The translations under genes and the position numbers were made by a program. The notes under the pieces are model-generated. The model did not search any database, had not been told where the DNA came from, and saw nothing but the letters and a program-made list of their open reading frames with translations. A stretch of 64,000 nt of DNA from Octopus sinensis (taxonomy: Eukaryota), in contig NC_042997.1 of NCBI RefSeq assembly GCF_006345805.1, positions 196,416,001 through 196,480,000 on the forward strand, given 5' to 3'. This document shows positions 1-11,488 of the stretch, piece after piece. The stretch's first letter is position 1; each line of letters begins with the position of its first letter.

Positions 1-9
1 TTGAAATAA

Positions 10-616
10 CAATGCATACGTGTACAATGGCGTATCTCACACAAGGGTCTTACACTGGTATGTTCTCAATATTTATCTGCATTAAATGAAAATATTTTAC
101 CTGCCTAGGATAAAAAAGTTTATATATATATATATATATAAGGAAAGGATGAGAAAAACAACTGATACAAAGGGGAAATAACAATGATAGATATGTACTT
201 ATATAGTCAGTTAGATAGATGAGAAGGTAGATAAATAGATAGATAGACAAGTAGCTAGCGAGGTACGTACACAGATATATGTACACAGTTGGTATTTGAT
301 GATACAACATGGAATAATCTCCGAACAACAAGAACACACTTCCTATAATGCGGAAAATTGATCTCTGTCTTTTTCGATTTCTTTTTTTCTCACGTATGTA
401 TATATATATATATAAATATATACACATATATATAGCATCTGAGAGAAAGAGAGAGAGAAAAAAGTCTATCTATCTATATCACTTCATTTTTTTTCCGGAA
501 TACAAAGAAACTTAGCAACTTTTATATCTATGTAGGTAAAATATTTTCATACAATATTTACAAATATTCCGACATAGCAAAGTAACACCCTTGTGAGATA
601 TACGCCATTATGCATT
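10..616. repeat. Degenerate foldback element with ~100-110 bp inverted arms
   Basis: Arm 10-120 (aatggcgtatctcac...aaaatattttacctgcctagga...aaagtt) matches the reverse complement of 517-616 at roughly 70% by eye. Confidence 0.6.
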
Positions 617-659
617 CATATATATTATGTATATATGGCCATTATACATACATCTGCAT

Positions 660-690
<31 letters not shown>

Positions 691-1905
691 GTTATTTTAA
701 CGAAATCTCTTAACATTTTAAAATAATATTCATTGTCAACGTGCAAAAACCTAGCACAATTTCGTCAGCAGTCATTATTAAGAGTTAATGGAATTGAAAA
801 CAAGAGAAAGTAGGATGACTATGTCGTGTATCCGCTCAGTAAACAGAGGAAGATTGGCACGGGAGATGTAATGTCAGAGAGAAGTAATATAAATTCTAGC
901 ATTGTGGAAAGAGCTCAGCATGAGTTGAGCTGCAAAGATGTGATGTAGAGGTTGAGCAGAGAACAGGAGAGAGAGAGAGAAACGAATTAAATCTGATGGT
1001 TGATGGAATACAGCGTAGTGGAAGAACTGGTGATTGGCAGAAATAAAATGAGAGAGAGGGAGAGAGGGTGATAAGGAGAAAAGAATGCACTGCTGCGATA
1101 AATGGAAATCAGTCATGTGATACTAATTTCCATTTAATTTTTGTTGTTGTTGTTGCTGCTGTTGTAGCATTGCTTCCATTTGGCAAGGTTTAGCACAACT
1201 CGGTTTTCTCACCAGAGACGTGTTGTTTGAATACTTCTTGCATCGGCCACGTGATCGCTTTGTAAAACTGAACGTTCGTCTTTTGTAAGAATTCACAACT
1301 ATTTAGTCATATTATTATTTAGATTTAGCGAGACCAATGGTTTTACAACCTTTTGCTTCCTATTTTAGCGAATCAATAAGCCTGCGACCCCACTTCACAC
1401 ACACACACACACACTGGATTTATTGCAAAGTGTTCGAGTTTAAGGCCTATAATTAATTGAGCTCTTGATCACCGTCAAGATATATCATTTGATGTTTTAT
1501 ATATAATCTATTTTAAACATACATACATACATACATACATACGTACATACATACTCCAGTCTTGAGAAATTAGGCTTCTCAAAACCAGAAAGGAGAAAGC
1601 TATTTCGAAGACTACCGATCCAAGCCATAACTAAAACTGAAAAAATCTGTAAAATTTTCTTTGAGTTTATCATTTGAGTATATATGAACATGTCTAGATA
1701 TGCAACTATATGCATGAGAAGACATCATAAAACAAAACATACAAATCTATGCGTACATATACATACATGCAAAAATACCCTCTTGATGTTGAAATTCCAA
1801 TGAAGCAGCCTTGGATCTAGGTTAGAAACCTGCTCTTTCTCTATTAGCAAGAAATATTGAAATAAAACTGAATGACATACATAAAGACACACACATACAC
1901 ACATA

Positions 1906-2019
1906 CCTGTAAATGTAATATGTGACAATTATTTGTTAGCCATGATAAAACACCGCAGCATCCGAAACTCGGAGTTTTATCATGGCTACCAAGTAATTGT
2001 CACATATTACATTTACAGA
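1906..2019. mobile_element. Palindromic TA-flanked MITE-like hairpin
   Basis: 49-bp arms 1907-1955 and 1970-2018 with 3 mismatches and a 14-nt loop; TA at 1904-1905 and 2020-2021. Confidence 0.75.
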
Positions 2020-2487
2020 TAAATTCCTCTATTTACGTAATATCGAGGTCAATTTCATTCTTTTGTTGTCTTACCATTTTTATCTATCTGTCTATCTACT
2101 TATCTATCTATATATATTGTTTCGTTAAGAAGCGGTGCACGGCACCAGAGTTTTCGACTCTAACAAACTACTCCAAATTGTCGTTAGAATATCTACGTAA
2201 GTGGAGTCAAGGCCAGCTAGTTCGTACTGGCATCGTGTCGTATTGATTGTAATAATGAAGTCAACCCAAATAGTGATATTTTGAGAACATTTAATACGTA
2301 CGTTTTGGGTTTGCGTAATATTTAATACAAAATGCATCCATTCCGTAAGATCTTCCTCAGTTAAAACATTTCAATACATTTCCTAATAATGATGCACACC
2401 GGAAACGTACATTTTTAAATGATTGCAAAATATCACTATTTGTTTTGACTTCATTAATACCTCTCTCTCTCTCTTTATATATACAGA

Positions 2488-2523
2488 CTAGACCAGACTA
2501 CCCGTGACCCGTTGGGTCACCGG
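2488..2523 (-). mobile_element. Helitron 3' terminus (5' end not located)
   Basis: Minus strand: hairpin GTGACCC-AAC-GGGTCAC, short spacer, then CTAG followed by host T (2487). Confidence 0.65.
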
Positions 2524-2924
2524 AAAACTCCAAGTTTCCCAGCAACGGAGTTTTGTTTCGTGTCTTTTTTTAAGGTTATTTCACATGCTTTCAACGAATG
2601 TGACATCGAAATCACGCATAAACGGCTCCTTTCTCCAGGAAAGAAAGATTTGGTTGCTATTTCTTGCACACCCTGTTACCACGTAACAGGTATTTCGTGT
2701 CCTTTATCGCAAATAGCTGTTACGTGGTAGCAAGGCGTGCTAGAAATAGCAGCCAAATCTTTGGAGGTGAGATACACTCGAAAAAAATCCCATGAGAAAA
2801 AAAAATTCACACCGAAATATTTACTGTATTTCGTTTACGAAATATTTACTGTATTTTTAAAGTAAAGTCATTTTCACTTTAAACTATTTTTTAAATACGC
2901 CAAAAAGATTTTTGTAATGGTATT

Positions 2925-3080
2925 CACTTATATATATAGGGAGAATTTACAAAAAAGCAAAAGACGAAGACGGGCGTGTAAACAACAAACATATGTATTA
3001 GTTTAACGCTCGGGAAGTGAGAAAGTCCTTTACGTTTCGAGCCTACGCTCTTCGACAGAAAGGAACACAGAAATAACAGG
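2925..3080 (-). mobile_element. Short dispersed repeat with hammerhead-like motif, copy 1
   Basis: Matches 40140-40345 in opposite orientation; contains cttt-CTGTCGA-a-gagc-gtag-gctc-GAAA-cgta-aag. Confidence 0.65.
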
Positions 3081-3214
3081 AATATATATATATATATATA
3101 TCGATAGCATTTGAACTCAGAACGAAAGGATCTATAAGAAGACACCATCGATATTTTATACGTGGCTGCCGATATTGCCAATCCACCGCCATCCGCCATC
3201 TTCCAGCAATGCAG

Positions 3215-3425
3215 TATTGATTTCTAACATAAACACAAGGCCATACACTTGGGTAGGAAGTTTTAACATTGATTAGATCAGCATCACTACTTGACTGGTA
3301 CTTAATTTTATCGACTCTGGAAGGATGAAAGGCAGAGTTGATTTCGGTTGTATTAGAACTCACAACGTAAAAAGCCATAACTAAGTAGCACAAAGCATTT
3401 CGTTCGCCACTCAAGTGCTTCTGCC
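3215..3425 (-). mobile_element. SINE family B, degenerate copy
   Basis: ggtacttaattttatcgactctggaaggatgaaaggcagagttga matches the family B core. Confidence 0.7.
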
Positions 3426-3711
3426 ATCAACCATCAACAGTTTGACGTCATAGTGAACACACACAACATGTCTATGTGAATTATGCAATTAAATATCGAA
3501 GCGAGTCACTTATAGTTGACAGAACCCTCTGGGTATATTGCAGAATACACATTCTCTCTTTCATCCATTCTCTATGTTGCGTGTTTAAGATGTTTCCTTC
3601 TGATATATAATCCCTCTGTTAAACAGGGAAACAATCCCATTTATAAGATTAATCTTTCCCCCATTACAGCACACACATAAAGCAAAAACAAACATTTGAT
3701 ATGATCCACGC

Positions 3712-4070
3712 AAGTAGCCTCTATGTGGTATGTTAATCTGCTAGAAATAACAGCTGAGTTATTGTCAAAGTTTATCGTCTGAAGAAAAAGGAGACGTCAC
3801 ATTAGATAATGTTGTTGAAAATAATTTGGGATGGTCATGGCTAGCATGACCATTGATTCAGATGTTTGTTCAATCAGAGCTGACGAAAAACATAAAGAAC
3901 AACTAAAACAATAAACATAATACATGAGCCATCGAGAAATCTCCTCTGTGGTAATTTGATCTGCTAGAAATAGTAGCCAAAATAGCCCTTAACTTGAACC
4001 CTGTTATCTTAAAATAAATGAAACATTAGAAAATGTAGTCCTTAAAAGACGACATTAAACAAGGTACTGA
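3712..4070 (+). repeat. Family E dispersed repeat, two adjacent degenerate copies
   Basis: Shared motif (aatc)tgctagaaata(g/a)cagccaaat also at ~2735, ~32060, ~60760 and ~60930. Confidence 0.55.
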
Positions 4071-4513
4071 CTATATTGCTCAGAGGTGCCTTCTGCATAC
4101 GAACAGCAGTAGTTCAGTTAGTGTTAAAATATTTAATTTTGATTAGAAATATTTTTGAGATAAGAAATAACGAAAATAGGCAATGGCTGTTTTTAAAATT
4201 ATTTCGGCACGTACGGGAGATAATTCTGGACATGTTTCAACATTACGTAACCCCGACAGCAAAGTATAGTCTCTACCATACTAGTCGATATATGTGGTGC
4301 GACAGTACCAAACGAATCTTTACAAAGGACTACGTAACCCGAAACATCTCAGAATAATGCATAAAAGAAGAAAGGGAGCTCGCATAATTTTCTGTGGCAT
4401 TATCTATACATTGGTAATGCGCATGCTCAACCAGGGTCTCATACATACAATGACATCACGCGTTGATTTTTAACAAACTGTTACCATGACAACAAGAATA
4501 ATTAACAGCTGTC

Positions 4514-4553
<40 letters not shown>

Positions 4554-4556
<3 letters not shown>

Positions 4557-5401
4557 GTCATCCCATAAATTGCATTAACTAAAAGTTGGAGGGGGACTGA
4601 ATTAATTTGCTATTAAAGTAGGAAGATATTTTACTTTGTACTTATTCTTAGTGAAAGTTTTGAAGAGTGCAGTTTGATCTTAACAGTTATTTTTTTCAAA
4701 GCTGAAATGGAAGTGACAAAGGACCATATTCGGCATATTTTGCTTTATGAGTTCAAGAAAGGTAACAACGCAACGGAAAGTGCGAGGAATATTAATGCAG
4801 CATACGGGGATCGGACAATAGGTGGAAGCCAGTGTCACCGGTGGTTCCAGAAATTCCCAGCCGGAAACAATAGCCTAGAAGACGAGCCTCGTCCTGGAAG
4901 ATCTGTAGAGCTCGATGAGGGCGTCCTGCAAACCCTGGTGGAACAAAATCCCATCGTAATTGTTGAGGAACTAGCAGAGAAACTTGGATTTGGTCATTCA
5001 ACCAGTCATTCAATTCAGTGCTAGAAATAAAAAACGACCATCTTTGGTTTTAAGACGAAAAGTGTTCTTCCACCAGGATAATGCTCGGTCACATACGGAG
5101 AAGATGACATTCCAAAGGCTGGAGCAGCTTCAATGGGAAACGATGCCCCACCCACCATATTCGCCGGACATTGCCCCATCCACAGTCTTCAAAATCATTT
5201 GGACGGAAAAAAATACAAATTCTGCAGACGAGGTCAGAACAGTACTGGAAGAGTATTTTTCGTCACGGACAAGTGAATTTTAGAAGAGGAACCTCGCAAG
5301 TCTACCAAATAGATGGAAGAGCATTGTAGAAAATGAAGGAGAGTATATTTTAGATTGAAAAAATAAAAGTATAAAAAGCTGCGTTATATATGGGATGACC
5401 A
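4554..5401 (+). mobile_element. Mariner transposon, internally deleted and non-autonomous
   Basis: TIR ggtcatcccata at both ends within TA repeats. ATG 4707 gives MEVTKDHIRHILLYEFKKG (mariner HTH); later HQDNARSH and HPPYSPDIAPS. First catalytic Asp region missing, frameshifts, stop at 5281, ends YILD* at 5358. Confidence 0.93.
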
Positions 5402-5418
5402 TATCTATATATATATAT

Positions 5419-5739
5419 GGTACTTAATTTATCGACCCCGAAAAGATGAAAGGCAAAGTCGACCACGGCGGTATTTGAACTCAGAACGTAACAGCAGACG
5501 AAATACCTATTTCTTTACTACTCACAAGGGGCTAAATACAGAGAGGACAAACAAGGACAGACAAACGGATTAAGTCGATTATATCGACCCCAGTGTGTAA
5601 CTGGTACTTATTTAATCGACCCCGAAAGGATGAAAGGCAAAGTCGACCACGGCGGAATTTGAACTCAGAACGTAGCTGCAGACGAAATACCGCTAAGCAT
5701 TTCGCCCGGCGTTCTAATGCTTCTGCCAGCTCGTTGCCT
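5419..5739 (-). mobile_element. SINE family B with internal tandem unit
   Basis: Head ggc(a/g)gcgagctggcagaa at 5739; gacgaaatac recurs at 5497 and 5681 (~183 bp period). Confidence 0.9.
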
Positions 5740-5976
5740 TTATCTTAGTAAATATTAATACAAATGTTGACTTTGTAATATTGGCAATTTCTGAGATATT
5801 AGAAGGAACACTCGTGTAATCAACAAACAACAAACACGTAACTGGCGTGTTACAAAGACATTGGCGTCCAACGTCTTGGGAGCCGAATATACGTAGGTGA
5901 GGTTATTAGCAGCGAAGCACATCGCATATACACACAATGAAACAACGGTGATAATAAATATTATATAAATACTTAC

Positions 5977-6122
5977 AACATCTGGTGCTTGTGTACTCTG
6001 CTGACGTCATCAATCGTATGGTAAGTCGGTCGAACTAATAAACAAGAACCAATCCATTCAATATGAACAGTCAACTTTCTTTCTTCGTTTGGTTGATAAT
6101 AGACATTTTCAGCGTCTTGTAA
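5977..6122 (-). CDS. Candidate internal coding exon of an unrecognised host gene (LQDAENVYYQPNEERKLTVHIEWIGSCLLVRPTYHTIDDVSRVHKHQM)
   Basis: Long pyrimidine tract + CAG acceptor (6123-6156), 146 nt open only in frame 0, donor GTAAGT (5976-5971). Confidence 0.65.
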
Positions 6123-6765
6123 CTGGACACAGAAAGAAAAGAAAAGAAAAAAAGAGAATTATTTGAGTTGTCTTTCCTTTGTTTGTATGACCACAAATAT
6201 TTTTTTCTTTCGTATCTATCTATATATCAGAAGGATGTATCATAATACGATATATTATAGGGGTGATAGCGCAAACATGAAAAATTTCTCCATGACGAAA
6301 TACACTGAATGGCTTTCTTACGGGTTCTAATATGCCTCAAGCATATATGAACTGGTAAGAAGTTTGTATGTATATATATATATATATTATATATATATTT
6401 ATGTGGGTGTGTGTATAGAATGTTAGAAGTGGTATACAGATATTGAATATTGAGAAAAGAGGAGGTCGCCAGAAGTTTGAAAAAAGAATTTTTTTTTATT
6501 TCGTACTTATTATTATTAACGCTTTCGTTCGTCTTCGAACTTGTCAAATAAAATACACACACACACACGCACGCACGCACACACACACACACAATGTGCT
6601 AGCGAAATACGCAAACACATATTTCCTGATGCTTTCCTATATATAAGCATCAAACAACTGGTTAGAGGTCGCTACTTAACAAGACATTGGTTCGGTTGAT
6701 TCTATATAGTGTCAGTGTTTTGTAACGAGAGAGAGAGAGTATTTTAATAGTCCTTTTTTATCTTT

Positions 6766-6804
<39 letters not shown>

Positions 6805-6930
6805 ATCCAAACAAGAAAACACAAAAAAAACACAACGCGAGGACGTGGAACAAATTTAGTATTATTGGACGCTCAGGGAAGAAGGAGGAAGGGAAGAAGA
6901 ATATATGTATATATATGGTTACAAATTTTA

Positions 6931-7310
6931 TTCTTTTACTTGTTTCAGTCATTTGACTGTGGCCATGCTGGAGCACCGCCTTTAGTCGAGCAAATCGACC
7001 CCAGGACTTATTCTTTGTAAACCTAGTACTTATTCTATCGTTCTCTCTTGCCGAACCGCTAAGTTACGGGAGCGTAAACACACCAGCATCGGTTGTCAAG
7101 TGATGATGGGGGGACAAACACAGACACACAAATATATACATATATACGACGGGCTTCTTTCAGTTTCCTTCAACCAAATCCACTCACAAGGCTTTGGTCG
7201 GCCCGAGGCTATAGTAGAAGACACTTGCCCAAGGTGCCACGCAGTGGGACTGAGCCTGGAACCATGTGGTTGATAAACAAGCTACTTACCACACAGCTAC
7301 TCCTGCGCCT
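6931..7310 (-). mobile_element. SINE family A (tRNA head, CORE-like centre, GTAAAAGA-type tail)
   Basis: Head ggcgcaggagt(g/a)gctgtgtggtaag with A/B-box-like motifs; ggcaccttgggcaagtgtctt centre; internal (TA/TG)n. Confidence 0.92.
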
Positions 7311-8069
7311 ATATTCTGTGAATATTAACTACACATGAAACGTATTTATAATATTTACACCCAGAAAAAAATCTACTAAAAGCTGGAAATCTACAAATTG
7401 CGAAAATCGTTAAGAGTTTCACGTCTGTTGATTATTCAGCGAAAAGGTAAATCAAACTTATATTTGTATATAAAAAAATTAAATAAATTTCCACATTAAC
7501 GATAGAAATCCGTGCAATAGTATCATACAAATATTTTATTTAAACGATTAAAATATTGAATGTGATATGTACACCAACAAAATACAGTAGTAACTTACTT
7601 GTATTCAACTGTGAGACATTAAAATATTATAGCAAATATGTTGATTTATGATGACAAAATTTAATATATTTAATATATTAGTTCTAAACATGTGCTTATA
7701 ATAACATTCTTACGGAATAAAATATTCAGCTTTTCAGAAATACGACCATCGTTATGTTGTTTATAAGGTTTAGCGTATGTCAATGTCTTACAGACAATTT
7801 TATAGGTTTTGATATTAATTCTTAAAATCCAGATATAATTTGAAAGTTTGTGCCTGACCACCATCCATATTTTATGAAAGATTATTGTTATTGATCGAAA
7901 CACAGCTTAAAAGGTTTTGCATTCAAATCAATTTAACCAGAATAAACTAGGTTATCGTCTGTAAATATTTTCGTACGATAAACAAGTTTGAAAGATAACA
8001 ATGGGCAATTTCTGGGGGTTAAGCCAATTTCAAAATGGAGCACAATATAGATAACCATTTATTATTATT

Positions 8070-8888
8070 TTGGTTTGGCTCAGGTTCGGTGTTATTCCTG
8101 GTAGGATTTATGTGGGTAGCGGGTTACTACTTGTAATCTTGGGTATCCACAAGTTTTCAGTAGTTCCTAAGAGAAATCTTTCTATAGGAGCTCAACCGGG
8201 CATTCTATTCCAATCTCCTTCAGCCATTTGTCTATATCTTTGCTTACTATTCCCAACGCACCAATTATTATAGGCACGACCTTTACTGCTCACATGCTCC
8301 AAATTCCCCCTATTTCAAATTTTAAGGGATTGCATTTTTTTGTGTTTTTCGTCCTCTTTCTTTACGACCCTGGAATCAAACCGGCATGAAGGGTCGTTAA
8401 GTAAGCAACTTCGCTTTTCCTTATTTATAATTGTTATGTCTGGTGTATTATTTTCTAACTTCTTGTCCGTTTGAATAAGAAAGTCCCACAAAATCTTAGA
8501 TTTCTCCGACTCCAGTACTCTTTCGACTAGATGATTGTACCTAACTTCAAATCTCCATTTCTGGCACAGTTTCCAGTGTAAAACTTTTACAACCAGGTCG
8601 TGCCTCCATTTTTTATATTCTTCCTGTGCCAACTTGGGCATTCTGTCACAATGTGTGTCCCTGTCTCGTTCCAAGCTCCACAGGCTCTACAGTTTTCTGA
8701 CACGTTCTCTCCATATATATTTTTTCTCAAGTTGCCTTTGTCAAGTTGCTTTTGTCGCTTGATCTCAGGATGCGACAACTAGGCTCTCTGTTTCCTTTTT
8801 TAATTGCTCCTTTTTTAACCAGGCCCAAGATTTTGTTCCACATAAGTCTTCAGTGGCTTTACAAAATTGGCCATGCAGAGGTTTCTCT
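8070..8888 (-). mobile_element. 5'-truncated R4/Dong-like non-LTR retrotransposon (CCHC zinc finger + restriction-like endonuclease end)
   Basis: KPLHGQF...WLKKEQLKKETESLVVAS, CRACGAWNETGTHIVTEC, YKKWRHDLV, ILWDFLIQTDKKLENNTPDITI; frameshifted; flanked by (TTA)n at 8059-8069 and 8889-8910. Confidence 0.88.
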
Positions 8889-10052
8889 TTATTATTATTA
8901 TTATTATTATCCCCTTCTTTCAATTTTGTTTCCATTTCTTGCCGGGTGTTTTCCCGATCCCTAGAGCAAAGGAACTCATTGTATACATTGGTAGGCCATG
9001 AAAATAAACACAATAGATTATCATTATCATTACTATTATTATTAATCGCTTTTGTCAAATCGTAAAAACTCTATTATTATTTATGTGATTAATTTTATCC
9101 TGAAATCTAGTGTTTCAAAGCAATATCATATGAGATATTGAGTAACAGTATCGTATTATTGTCTTCAGAATTTATTATTAATAACTGTAAGCGGGAGGTT
9201 TGAAGAGATATTTTGAACTTTAACTTTTCATTTGGCTTCCTAAATTTTGCGTATTTGTCCTTTCTAAATTTTGCGTATTTGTCCATAAATATAAGGAAAT
9301 ATCTAAAAGAAATAATTATATGCAAATTTATGTCAAGCGTAATTTTTAGGTAAAAGTTTTTAAAACTTTAATTCTTAACATTTTTAAATAATTAATTTTA
9401 ATTCCTAACTTTATTCTGCTGTTGAATATTCATATTCCGTGGGATATTATGACCACTGTCTCTGTATAACACACTTTACTTCGTAAATATTAAACTATTA
9501 CGAAATAGATGTAAAATAAAAGATCAATAAATTCACAAATTTCTCCAAATTTATGGCTAACCATCACAAAATCAAAATAATTGGTCTCACTCTATTTCAT
9601 TAGTATATTACTATCCAAAAGACAGCAACACGTGATTATTCTTGCATGCATGATTATTTTGACGTCAGAACCAGCGATTAAAAAAAAAAAAAAATTCTTA
9701 GCGAAAACGAATGAGTTTTGGAGCAAAGATTAGCGCATAATAATTTACGCTCTAAATAACTCAAGAAATTCTTTTGTTAGTATGCATATTGCATTCAATA
9801 TCTTAATCATTATAAATCGGAATTTTTAGCTGAGCGATTGCAAAATGCTTAGCCGTTGAACTTTAGACTGGTTTGAATAAAACTTTCGCACGTTTTTTGT
9901 CTATTTGGACATTCATTTTTTTTTTTATATAAATTAATTGATTACAAAATTTATTTCGTGTGCAATTATAAGATCGCCTGATCCATCTCTTTTATTGTTT
10001 GAGAGTCAAAATTTTAGAACGTTTTAGCTTCAAGCATATATATATATATATA

Positions 10053-10450
10053 TTCTTTCTTTTATTTGTTTCAGTCATTTGACTGCGGCCATGCTGGAGC
10101 GCCGCCTTTAGTCGAACAAATCGACACCAGTACTTATTCTTTTGTAAGCCTAGTACTTATTCTGTGGGTCTCTTTTGCCGAACCGCTAAGTTACGGGGAC
10201 GTGAACACACCAACATCAGTTGTCAAGTGATAATGGTGGTGGTGTTTGGGGGCAAACTCAAACAAACACACACACATATATAGATACGACGGGCTTCTTT
10301 CAGTTTCCGTCTACCAAATCCACTCACAAGGCTTTGGTCGGCCTGAGGCTATAGTAGAAGACACTTGGCCAAGGTGCCACGCAGTGGGACTGAACCCGGA
10401 ACCATGTGGTTGGTAAGCAAGCTACTTACCACACATCCAATCCTGCGCCT
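10053..10450 (-). mobile_element. SINE family A
   Basis: Full-length match to the other family A copies. Confidence 0.92.
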
Positions 10451-10474
10451 ATATATATATATATATATATATAT

Positions 10475-10780
10475 GTGGAGGCGCAATGGCCCAGTGGTTA
10501 GGGCAGCGGACTCGCGGTCGTAGGATCGCGGTTTCGATTCCCAGACCGGGCATTGTGAGTGTTTATTGAGCGAAAACACCTAAAGCTCCACGAGGCCCCG
10601 ACAGGGGATGGTGGCGATCCCTGCTGTACTCTTTCTCTACAACTTTCTCTCACTCTTTCTTCTGTTGGCCTGCTCGCTTAGCCAGCGGGGTGGCGTCATT
10701 TGAAGGCTAAAACAATGCGATTGTGACCAGCGATGTGTAGCAACATCTAATAGCCTGGTCGATCACGGTGATCACGGTGA
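10475..10780 (+). mobile_element. SINE family C, tail variant 1
   Basis: tRNA-like head gtggaggcgcaatggcccagtggttagg...ggtttcgattccc; ends in gatcacggt repeats. Confidence 0.88.
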
Positions 10781-10849
10781 TATATATATATGTATATATA
10801 TATAGGACAGATGAAAGGGTCATGAGACTCGCAAAAGCAGAGGTGCGAG

Positions 10850-11065
10850 AGTAAAGGTGGTATAGGGGGTCGTAATAAGCAAAGAACAAACCTCGAAAAT
10901 CATTTTCTGCCGATTGCCTTCTTGAAGCATCGGAGTGCTAAACGTTCGTCTCATGCAGCTTAAGAAATACCACCCAGATGATCATCCAGACCTATGTACC
11001 CAGAAATGCTAGCGAAGACAATGAAGTGGAAGAATTCTACCGGGAGGTAGAGAAAGCGCTTGCCT
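10850..11065 (+). mobile_element. LINE apurinic endonuclease remnant (probably RTE clade)
   Basis: MIIQTYVPRNASEDNEVEEFYREVEKAL resembles the IIQVYAPT...EVEEFY motif. Confidence 0.65.
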
Positions 11066-11365
11066 ACAAATCCACAAACGCCATTTGTCACGACTGCGCC
11101 TCTGTGTTCTTAACGTATGGATGCGTATGTGTGTATAATATTCTTTAAGTCTTTGTCCTATGGCCATACTAGACCACCGCCTCATGTGTTTAGCTGATCT
11201 TATTGATCTCAGTACATATTTCTATCAGGTATTTATTTTATCGAGATCACCTTGTCGAATCACAAAGTTATAGATAAAAAGGAGACAAAACAAGCCACAC
11301 TACGAATTTTGATGGCTGTAAAATTACATTCACTCACATACACACATCTATACATGTCAACTTAC

Positions 11366-11488
11366 TGAACGAGCCACACAGTAGGGATGATCATTTTTAT
11401 CAATAAACACACACTCTGTTGACTGGGGAAAAGGACTATCTCCGAATATAACACTATCTGTTTCAAGACCCAATTTCAAACCAAGAAT
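11366..11488 (-). CDS. Candidate coding exon (ILGLKLGLETDSVIFGDSPFPQSTECVFIDKNDHPYCVARS); alternative acceptor at 11457
   Basis: Open frame ending TCA|GTAAGT (phase 0), compatible with the phase-0 start of the 6122 exon. Acceptor either ttttgcaAG (11489) or gaaacAG (11458). Confidence 0.55.

Noticed and set aside
2125-2337. 70-aa minus-strand ORF
   Set aside because: No splice support; another frame weakly resembles a decayed Tc1-like N-terminus.
4674-5283. Mariner ORFs as a domesticated SETMAR-like gene
   Set aside because: Internal deletion, frameshifts, an in-frame stop and retained TIRs indicate a dead transposon.
10475-10550. tRNA-like heads of families A-D as tRNA genes
   Set aside because: No complete cloverleaf or acceptor stem, and each continues into a multi-copy SINE body.
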